Below, piece by piece: positions 32,701-64,000 of a stretch of DNA of 64,000 bases. The number at the start of each line of letters is the position of its first letter. Within the stretch, counting starts at the first letter, position 1. The position numbers were made by a program, and so were the translations under genes. The notes under the pieces were generated by a model. The model was given only the letters and a program-made list of their open reading frames with translations, did no database searches and was not told the DNA's origin. The stretch comes from Chrysomallon squamiferum (lineage: Eukaryota; Animalia; Mollusca): positions 20,956,001 through 21,020,000 of the forward strand of contig CM022677.1 in NCBI GenBank assembly GCA_012295275.1, read 5' to 3'.

Positions 32701-33057
32701 TATTATTATTATTTAAGATATTTTTTTTACGCACTGGTTAAAGTGGACAGGTGTGGCTCAGAGGTTAGGTGAAAGAAGTTTCTGACTATGGGCTATAGCG
32801 TTTTTCTTTCCTAAAATAAAATTCGCGATTATTTGGTTATTGAGAAAAGGTACCCATTCAATGTCGTCATTTTGTTTTGTTTTTCAATTTATTTTTTTCA
32901 ATTTTTTTAATTTATTTAACTAATAATATTTATGTCCTGTATTAAACATTGTATACAAGATCATAAAGAAATAGAAAAAAATTATCTATAACGTTCTTCT
33001 ACTTCGTTTTTAGTTCTGTCATATATTATTAATGATAGAATTACTAGTTATACTTTT

Positions 33058-33099
<42 letters not shown>

Positions 33100-33781
33100 G
33101 TTATTATTATCATTATCATTATTATTATTCGTATTATTATTAATGTAATTTTTGTTCTCTCTTCTTCTTCTTTTTCTTTCTCGTCTTATTTATTATTGTA
33201 AGATTTTTTTTTAAATAAAATAAGCTTATTTAGGTTGTTTTCTTAATTGAATTTCTGTATATAAATCCATGTTTGTTTTTCACACTGATTAGACGGGTAG
33301 GCTGTGACTCAGTGATTACACAAAACTGTGTCATCGTTGGGTTATCCGTTTTGTCCTTCTCAATGTCACTTTACTGTAAGAATCAGATTTCTTACAATAC
33401 TTTATCAAACGACGTGATATGGGGTTACGAAGAACAGCTACCCCATCGCTTTACGTCAAAGCACGTATTGTATTCTATTGTCTCAACTGCCTTACAATAT
33501 AATATTACTATATGAATTGCGTTCGACCTAAATCAAATATTTTGACTTTATCGTTCAATAGCAATGTCATTCCTTTTTTCTTTTTTTTTTAGACTCTTTT
33601 GAAACTTGATTCATAATTGTTATATTTAATACATGCACTTCTATGAATCCTGATTTCTTTTATTGAACAATTCCGAGTTAATCTGATCAAGAGTTTCCAA
33701 ATACAATGATTTTGTTTGCTTAGTACCGAACAAACAGGTGTGCGAAATTGTCTTGCAGCACTGACGACATGTTATATTTTA

Positions 33782-33842
<61 letters not shown>

Positions 33843-34813
33843 TTCGTGACTAAAAGCACACGTTCATTGTGTGTACTGTTTGATATTGGTACGGTTTATT
33901 TATATATCTGTTATCAAGACACGATAGCCACCAGTTCATTGTTCAAGTTTGAACAAGATTTATTTTTGGAGGGGAATGTATTAGTTGTATCTGTTCGTCT
34001 ACTAGCAGTGTTCTACGTATACAAGCTTTATAACATTTCATCAAATTTATTTTACCATAAGAATGTACATTTTTCACGATTTTTATTCTCGAGAAGAGAG
34101 ATAATTTATGTCTGATTTTGTAGGTCAAAACTATTTTATTTTATAATAGGTGTGTGTGTTTCTTGTTATTATTATTATGTTTTATTGTTATTATTGTTGT
34201 TAGTAGTAGTAGTATTAATATTATTTATTTATTTATTTTGTTTTTTTAATCAATCTGTCTATTCTTATATCTGTTGAAACTGCCTTTAATTTCTATGTCC
34301 ATTTAACCTCCGAGCACGTTACAATAGAATTGCCTTTTTCGATCTCAGATCTAAAGTCTTGACTTCGGAATGTTGTTATTTATTTTACTTAAATAAACTA
34401 ACAAGTAACGAAGTAAACAAATAAATAAACAAATAAACAAACAGACAAACACAAACAAATAATTCATCTAGTATATTCATTACTGTACAGTTTCTTAAAT
34501 TTACTTATTTAATCAACAATTCACTTTCTTCCGTTAACCATTATTTCAGTTACTTGAGGTCCAGTTCGTGCCTTATTTTAACATCCAGTTGTATTGCCAG
34601 ACTTTAAATTTATGCTTTGTTCTTTATTTACTCTTAATATTTAATTTTGGTTTTAAATCTATTTTCCTACCTCTACATTTTTTTTTCTCTCTCTCTCTCT
34701 GTTCTTCTTTTTCTCCGTTACTTTCATTGTTATTATTGTTAATGTTATCGTTTTCATTAATATTATTCCTGTTGTTGCTGTTCTTTTTGTTGTTATTTAT
34801 TTATTTTTGTTTC

Positions 34814-34854
<41 letters not shown>

Positions 34855-34950
34855 GTATATATATATGTATGTATGTATATCTATCTAGCTCTCTATCGAC
34901 CTATCTATGTATCTCTCTATCTATTTTAAACTAATTTAATTGATTTTAAT

Positions 34951-34991
<41 letters not shown>

Positions 34992-34999
34992 TTTTTTAT

Positions 35000-35033
<34 letters not shown>

Positions 35034-35049
35034 TATTATTTTCAGAGAC

Positions 35050-36900
35050 ATGGCAACAGCTTCCAGTTTCGAAGAACAAATGTCTTGTTACCTTTGTCAG
35101 GATGTTTTCAGGATGCCGCATATTCTGTCTTGCGGTCATTCCTTCTGTACGAAATGCCTGCAGGAATATATAAACAAACACTACAAAAACAAAGATATAC
35201 AAATCGCATGCCCGTTCTGCAATCTAGACATTGAAATACCAGACAACAGAAAACCACTGGGAACATGGGCTCATCAATTCCCTAGAAATGAATCATTAGT
35301 CATAGCCACCGACAAAATGGAAGACGCAAAGTCTTGTGAGTCAGCAATGTTCTGTTTATAAACAATGATTATTTACGTAATAATATTTATGCCGCGTATT
35401 AACTATGGTGAAAGAAATGCTATGTTTAAAGTTTATCTAATTATTTTGTTCTTATTTGTTTTTTTTTAGCTGACAATGGACGTGAAATTTCACTGCTTAA
35501 TTCACTTTCTGACGATCTCAAACGTTTTAGAACAATCCTTAAAGGTCAGATGAATAACCAGCTTGAAAATCTTCGCCGAGACCTATATGTCAACATCGTG
35601 GAGACTACGGAAGAGGTGAGAAAAGCTGGTAACACACTAATCATGGGTTTTACAGTCGAAGTCTCCAAAGAAGAAGAGAGGCTGATGGGAGAAATAAAAA
35701 AGTGTCGGGACAAAGTAAACACAGAAATAGAAAAACTGTTTACTGATCATAAACATCTGATTGAGGAAATCGACAAAATGATCAAACTACGTGAAACATT
35801 GTTGAAAAGTGGATCAAAATCTGATATAAAACGTAATATTCCAAACTTCACCAAACTTCATAAAACAACATCCGAGTTTATAGTCAAACCTCTTCCAGAA
35901 TTTAAGTTTAAAATAAGTTTCACAAAATCGAATAAAATAAACGAAAAGCCTGTCCACACTGGGGAAATTACCTTAAGCGACCAAACAGACACTAATGTCG
36001 AGAAAATGACCGACCCACTAAAACACAGAGACACCATTACCACAAAAACTCAACAAATAGACGTACAAATAGACAGACTGAAAGACACACTCAAACACAC
36101 TGATACCATTAACACGAAAACACAAGAAGATACAAGAACACCTTTAGTTCAGTCAGTTCTGGTTTTAAGTGAGGACAACACTAAAATCGTGGTTAGTGAT
36201 CATAGCAATAAATGTGTAAAATATTTGTGTTTGAAAAGAAAATCAGTAATAAAAAAACATGTAACTTCATCTCCACCATGGGGTCTTGCTGAATCACATG
36301 ATCATGAGGCTGTCGTTGTTGTTCAGTCTCATGAAAAAAAATTACTGTTTTTAAATTGGAAAGACTTCCAACTGATCAAAACCGTTACAACTAACAAAGT
36401 GTATTTCTATATCGCTGTGTTACCCAGAAACCGTCTAGCGGTCAGTGGGGAAGGGTCAGTACTTGGACATACTGACAGACAGTGGTGAGCTCATTAATTC
36501 TATCTCTGGAAATTTGATCTACGGACCGTGGTTTCTCACAGTACACGATGAAAGTTTGATTGTTGTTTCAGAGTTCAAAAACAGTCTAGTTTGCGTGACG
36601 TCATCCGGTGACGTCAATTGGATGTCATTCGTATCAGACAGCTTTGAAGGCGAGTTTAGAGGTATTGCATGTGACCGGGATGGTGATATTTTTGTTTGTG
36701 ATATTGACAATCATCGTGTTGTTCAACTGTCACAAAAAGGAAAATTTATACGTCATATCATCACCAGGCAGGATGGTTTGTCCGCACCTTGGTCTATCTG
36801 TTGTCATGAAAATATGTTGTGCGTGGCACAGTACAGTGGAGAAATAAAAATATTTTCTTGGTCAAAAGCTAAGGTTCTACCTGAGCGAGTACATTTGTAA
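35050..36900 (+). CDS. TRIM-like RING-coiled-coil-NHL protein (paralog 4, no B-box), with an apparent 2-nt frameshift at ~36447-36455 (pseudogene or sequencing error)
   Basis: join(35050..35335,35470..36900). Donor T|GTGAGT at 35336, acceptor at 35469, phase 1 and in frame with ORF 35550. RING: CYLC..CGHSFCTKC..CPFC, then a helical E/K/L-rich segment. The NHL region is split between ORFs 35550..36488 and 36445..36900, where two G-runs are each one base shorter than in paralog 2. Confidence 0.8.
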
Positions 36901-37875
36901 TTGTTTGGGTGTTCAGAACACATAATAACTTGAACTTTTTTTTTCTTTTTCTTTCTTTTATCTATCATTATTCTTGCTTTGGAGTGATTGTTTCAACGAA
37001 GTTTTCGAGTACCAAGAGGACGGGGTTCTATTTTCTTTCTCAACCAACTACTATGAAAACTAGTACTAATAATACTGTTACCAATGGAATTGCTGCTGAA
37101 ATTTGTAGTTAATTTTAATATAGATATGCTAGATATTTAGGCGCACATATATATGTATTCTTTGAGTTCGGGGTTTTCATTGACGTCCGCAAGAATGTAA
37201 AGTACATAAAGGAAAAGTCGAAATCTGCGATAAGCAGATCTGCACGGCCTGGCATTTCCCTTTAACGACAACGAAAGCCAAGGGAGAGAACCCTGAAACT
37301 TTGGGCTAGCTTTGATAACCTTCTGACAAGATAGTTATCTCCCTTGTTTTTTGGTATCGTCGTTGTGCAGTGTATTATTAATGGTTCATTTGTTTACTGT
37401 ATAAAAAATAGTTTATAATTTATATTAATTTAGTTACTTGATTGTAGGGTGTACGATGACCGATTCTCTTTCTAACTACGATTCTGTGACTGATTCTGTA
37501 TTTGAACTTAGGCTTTCCCCCAATTTAAATTATTTAGTTGCTTTCATTTTCTTATAAATGCTTGTAAAGTAATAAACAAATCAAGCTGTACTCGTTTTTA
37601 TTTGTTATTTATATAGTCAGTGTATTATACCATCACGATGTATGTGAATGTGTGTGTTGCAGATTTATAGAGGAGAAATTTACAGAAGTTAAAATGTTGT
37701 CTTCTTGTCTCATACTGCTGTGTGTATGTGTGTGTATGTGTGTGTGTGTTTGTGTGTGTGTATGTGTCTGTTTGTGCTGTGCTTGTATACAAAAACTCAG
37801 AAAAAATTCTCAAGTTAAGACGATAAATTAACAAATAAATAAATAAATAATAATAATAATAACAATAACAATAAC

Positions 37876-37930
<55 letters not shown>

Positions 37931-38330
37931 GTAACGATAACATTAATAATGATAAAAGTAATAATCATAAACACATACACATACGAAAACGTACATTAGC
38001 AGGCAATCGTTTATCATTTAAATACGAAATATTACAAAATTGTTATGTATCTCTCTTTAAACAAAAAGAGTAGATTTTATAAATTTTGGTTAGGGAGAGA
38101 AGTTATAAAAGACTGAGTCGACAGCGACTGCACTACTCAGGTTGAACATGCTTTTTTTTCTTTCTGTTTTTCAGTAGGTAGAAATTTTCAGTTCTTGTAG
38201 TGCTAATGTCTTCCGAATATCATTTAAGTCGTTTAAAATAAGAACAATAACAACACAAAAATAATAAATAAATAAATCACACACATACATATCTATCTAT
38301 CTATCTGTATATCTGTCTATCAATCAATCA

Positions 38331-38386
<56 letters not shown>

Positions 38387-39281
38387 GTCTGTCTAACTAT
38401 CTTTACGCCGTTAGGTCAACTCATTTGATCTTCTCTGTCAGAATAACGTATTTTTTCCATATGTTAATGCCGATGCATAAATCAATTAATGTATTATTAA
38501 TTATTTCTAACAAGAATTATATTTGAAATTTTGAATACAGCATCAAGAAAAAGACACTGACTTCTACAAGTTCAGGACTTGTGTGTTATGTAAAATACAC
38601 AATAATGGTCTTGAACGTTCTTGATTTTGCGCTAACGATGGTAGTAACTACAAAACAATTAAACCTTCTGCATTTTGTTCGTAATAAAGATTACTGTATT
38701 CGTTTTATCAGAATATCATAACATGTTGATTATGTTTATGTTGGCAAATTTGAACAAGATCGCCCATTGGTAACTGAGGTAAATACAGCACAATAAACTG
38801 AATACTTTGAATAGCAGTATTCTGCGTTTTGCTGTTTCTGTCTCCGTCACGTGTTTATGACACAATAACTCCCCTCACAATCTATGGATCTTAAATTATG
38901 ACATGTCATAAGAAAGCAGAAAGGTTGCTCTTTTGAGGAGTATAAATAATATATTTTTGAATTTGTTCCACAAGCGACTGTTTTTCTTTTTGTCTTGTTG
39001 CGAAACACACACACACTCACACACACACATCTATCTATATCTATCTACCTGTCTATATATATACACACGCACACACACACATACACTCACACAAATTAAA
39101 AGAACAAAAATTAGTATCACTGTTCAAGTTTTTCTTTATTTTTGATACAATTATTTATTTATTTTTGATACAAATATTTATTTATCTATTTTTGGTACAA
39201 TTATTTATTTATTTATTTATTTAATTATTTATTTATTTATGTGCGTATTTATTTACTTCAATTATCTTTTCATGCCTTAGT

Positions 39282-43174
<3,893 letters not shown>

Positions 43175-43247
43175 CCTTCTTCAGTTGCGTTTACTTCACG
43201 AGAGATTCGTCTTCCTCGGTTTAAATCCTCAGTTCAGGAAATATCAA

Positions 43248-43255
43248 CTTTTATA
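43248..43255 (-). promoter_or_regulatory. Candidate TATA box of the C-type lectin gene
   Basis: TATAAAAG on the minus strand, ~75 nt upstream of the ATG at 43174. Confidence 0.45.
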
Positions 43256-44122
43256 CAGCTTATAACCAATTTAGATGTATCCTCTGGTGATTGCGAACAA
43301 TTTGAAACTGTCCACTGTAAATAATAAAAATACCTGGCCATTTCGAAACGTAAAGCACACACACAAAAAAAAAAGACAGAGATCTCCATAAATCACAGCT
43401 GTTGCTGGTGATAATGTTTCTGATATGTGGATGCTTCGTGATCCGAGAGAACTAGGACAGTGTCGTGTAGAGAATGCTTATTTCAGTCTTCAGCTGTGTG
43501 TGAGGCGTGTAATAGTTTTAGCAGCTGAAACTGTTGAGAGGATAATAGAGTCCGCGAAGACAAAAGCAGTAAACACGAGCCACTTCAGTTCACACAAACA
43601 ACAGAGACCAAGCCTGTGTTTGTCAGCGCAATGTTTGAAACACATCGACACACAGAGAAACGAACGAAGCCGAACGATGTTGAATATGTGCAGTGTATAG
43701 AGAAATTCACCGTGTGCTCCCCATTTTACACACGTGTTGTATACACAGAGATAATTATCACTCTGTGAATTACATTTTTTTTTTACACTTGTTGGTGTGT
43801 AGAGATATTTTTCACTCTCTGACACTCATTTTAAATAAGTGTTCTATATGCAGTGATAATTTTCATTCTGTGAACCACATTTTAAGTACGTGTGGTATAT
43901 AGAGAGATAACTATTATTATTATTATTGTTATTGTTATTGTTGTTATTGATATTATTATTATTATTATTAATATTGTATTTTTCAATATCAATTTTTCAA
44001 CAGAACAAAATGCGCTACCTTCTGCAAGAGGTAGTGACGTCATTTACAAATTACGCAATATAATGGAAATGCTTACGTTGAAAGCAAACCGGACGTGAGT
44101 CAAGAATTAAGTAATATAATAT

Positions 44123-44163
<41 letters not shown>

Positions 44164-44441
44164 TTACAGTCAATCCTAAACAGAGTTTCTTTGTTTAGAA
44201 ACCTGGGAAATGTCAAAGGTTAAAGATTTTCATGATTTGTCGGTATGTTTTGTTCACTTGTTTTCTTAGTAATGTGAGAAATAAAATTAACTTTGTCAAA
44301 TTATATTTTCTATTATATTTAATGATGTTTATGATTCGGCAGTTCTTGGAAAAGTTTTGAATTTTTATATGAATACAAATTCAAGATAGTCAGACTATTA
44401 TATTGTTCTTATTTATTTATTTATTTATTTATTTATTTTGT

Positions 44442-44504
<63 letters not shown>

Positions 44505-44759
44505 AAAGATTTTTGTATACTGGAAAGGGATAATTTCAAAACCGAAGCACTGGAAATATATATGTATTAAGTCACTGAAAAAAATATTTATTTCGGAAAC
44601 GTTCAGCATTAATATAATGGCGAAAACAACCATTTTGTACATGCTCCTTTTACTGAAGCATACTATTGTAAACCAACGTGTATATGCTTGCTGAACAAAT
44701 ACTAAAGTTATTAAGTTTTCAAGTTGAACATTTTAAATTAAATATAGGATTTCAGGTAG

Positions 44760-44831
<72 letters not shown>

Positions 44832-45244
44832 TGTTATTATCTTATTATTGTCTGTTTAGACGAATATGAATATATTACGGGAAACACGAGAAAAGTGTGT
44901 TGTACGTCATCATCAATTTCTACGTTTCTGAACGTTCCGCGCATTAAAACAGAGCAAAGACAGAAATTGACCTGATTTGCTAACAGATCACGTTAGTTTG
45001 CAGCGTTTAGCATACGTGCTGACACATGGCCTCACTCTGACATCCGAATATTCACTATTATTATTATTATTATTGTTGTTGTTGTTGTTGTTGTTGTTAT
45101 TATTATTATTTTATATTTGTTAATTAATATTATCTGTTTTATTTAGTATTGTATCTCGCATCAAAATGATAAGAAGGAACGGCTGGCTAGTCTAGATGCG
45201 TTTGACAATGCAGTTTGCTGTCCTAAACGAAAATGAAAGGTGAG

Positions 45245-45300
<56 letters not shown>

Positions 45301-45342
45301 TTGTTGTTATTGTTGTTGTTGTTATTATGATCATGATCATGA

Positions 45343-45391
<49 letters not shown>

Positions 45392-45957
45392 AAATTAATC
45401 TTATAAAATATGATCTAAGAAATGAAAACGACATTAGATTCATTAAGATTTTTATATAGGAGATTAACAGCATATTACCGCCCTTCAGTCATCAATAACC
45501 AAAGTAAAGAAGTCATTTCTAAAGATTCAAATTAATTTACTGATATACGTACACAATGCTTAACAACTAAACGAATTTAAAATAGTTATACGAAGAATAT
45601 AACTGCATTCTTTGTCTTTAGTGTTTATTTTAAGAATTCCTTCTAAGAGAAGCTTTGTTTCGCTCAAACATTTCCACCTATTTATTTCACACTCTTTTAG
45701 TAACAGTAACAAAGTACGCAAATACAGCAGTACACTGGACGTAGGTAAAGCGAGGTTCAAACTTCTGATAATGAGCGTTAAAGAAAAAAGTATACAAAGA
45801 TGCAGAACATTAATGTACAACTAAGGAACATATCAGACGCTTATCTAAGAATCTAATAATCTAGTCAGTTTTGGTATCTTATACAATTCATTTCAGTTTA
45901 TTTTCCAGGTGCTCATAACACTGTGAACTTGGTTCTGTTTTAAAGTTTAAGAAGATA

Positions 45958-50329
<4,372 letters not shown>

Positions 50330-50620
50330 CACACTTTTACTTTGCTTTGTTTATGATATGTGTGGGGCTTATAGAATTCATACGAGTGATATTTCGCAAT
50401 GTGATTTAGATGGGTTGCGTTATTGGTGCATTTTTTAATATATTTTTTTATATATACTTTATTTCTTCTTTTTTCTTTCTTTCTTTTTTTTCTTTTTCTT
50501 TTCTTTATTTTTTTTTTAAACTTTTTTTAAAACTGAATTTACTTTTTATTTTGTTCGTTTATTTATTTATATATTCATTTATTTTATTTTTATTTTGTTC
50601 GTTTAGTTATTTATATATTC

Positions 50621-50652
<32 letters not shown>

Positions 50653-51085
50653 GTCTAAAAAAAAAAAGAATATTAAATTACATATATATTTTGTCTTGAT
50701 TCTATTGAATATTGATATGTAGCGTACAAACACATACATCCACAAAAACACACATGCGCAGAGAGACAAAAATACCTTTGTAAGAACATTGTCATGTATT
50801 GATGTTTAAATTAACTGAGATGAATAAAAATAGACATTCTTTCACACACACGTACGTATGTCTATGCCTCTGTCCGACCTTCAGTTCGTCCTTGAGTATG
50901 CTTATCTGTCTATCTGTCCAGCTGTGTGTCTGTCTTTCTATCTATGATCTGGCGAGAAAGAGACAGAGATAGACAGAGAAAACCGATTAAGAAGTCATTT
51001 CTTTCTAAATCCATTTATAGTGAAACTAAATACAGAAATAAAGAAAGTTAAAATACTACTAATAATAACAACAATAACAATAACA

Positions 51086-51125
<40 letters not shown>

Positions 51126-51953
51126 TAATAAATAAATAAAAAGTAAAATAAAATGTGCAACCCATACGAGGCCTCATCAGGAACTCATGACGTAATTCAG
51201 AAATTACGTAAGGAAAAAGAGACGAGACTTAATAATCATGGAGTACTAATGAACTTTTGGTAATACACTACTAATAATAATGCAGGGCCTATATTTAAAA
51301 CATTCTATACAGTTTGCATTTGATTTGACTGGAACAGAAAACTGAACAATGGCATTTCATGAAAGAGTATTACTATAACGTTTGTATGACAAGCACAGGT
51401 TTGTTTTAATCTATTCATTGTTGTTTATTTTATTTTGTTTGTGTCAGGCGAAATGATAGTCAGGAAAAAACAAATTCTAAAGATAGTTGGCAAGAGCAGG
51501 AATTTGCTATCGGAAACAAACAAACAAATTAAATAAATAAATAAATAAGTAAATAAATAGAAAAATAATAAATAGACAAAATAAATAAATAAATAAAATG
51601 AGCAAATGAAAAGAATTTGGAGATTCAGTTTTAAGAGAAAGAGAGGCATATTAATGTTTGTACGGTTTTGGGTTTTTTTTGGTGGTTTAATGAAGTAATA
51701 AAAACAACTGACATAACAGCAACAATATGAACAACAACAACAACAACAACAACAATAATAATAATAATAATAATTATTATTATTATTATTATTATTATAA
51801 GAGCAACACGATTAATATTCTGAGGATTATCTCAAAAGATAATGAATATTTTTGTGTGTTATTCAAATATTTTATCTTTTATTTCTAGATGCTGAAATTA
51901 AAATAATAAAAATAAAAATGACGTGACTTATTTTAATTTTTAAAAGACATACC

Positions 51954-63800
<11,847 letters not shown>

Positions 63801-63814
63801 ATCTATCTATCTGG

Positions 63815-63864
<50 letters not shown>

Positions 63865-63918
63865 ATATACACACACACAAACACACACATATACATGCAA
63901 ACACAAATATATATACAA

Positions 63919-63957
<39 letters not shown>

Positions 63958-64000
63958 AATATATGTATGTGATTATGTAAGATATCGTAGTTGAACATTA

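Overview
AT-rich, microsatellite-dense animal DNA (invertebrate, probably a mollusc; taxon is inference). Most ORF-track entries are simple-repeat artefacts, so genes were assembled by hand from GT-AG sites and exon phase. The window looks like a tandemly duplicated immune/recognition cluster. (1) Four RING/NHL TRIM-like paralogs, none with an intact B-box: one with a 24-aa x ~8 coding repeat, one NHL-only, one pseudogene, one RING-coiled-coil-NHL with a homopolymer frameshift. (2) Three C-type lectin loci: one complete and non-canonical, one 5'-truncated duplicate, one canonical EPN/WND copy with unresolved exon 1. (3) Two LRR genes that the ORF track shows as secreted single-exon proteins, but each has a phase-1 donor just before the apparent stop. 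The first splices to a complete 636-aa LRR-TSP1-TM receptor. The second continues through a furin-site microexon and three TSP1 exons into a tandem array of at least 9 duplicated ~33-nt microexons (8 frame-preserving) encoding an acidic stalk, and runs off the window end. That array is the most novel-looking element.
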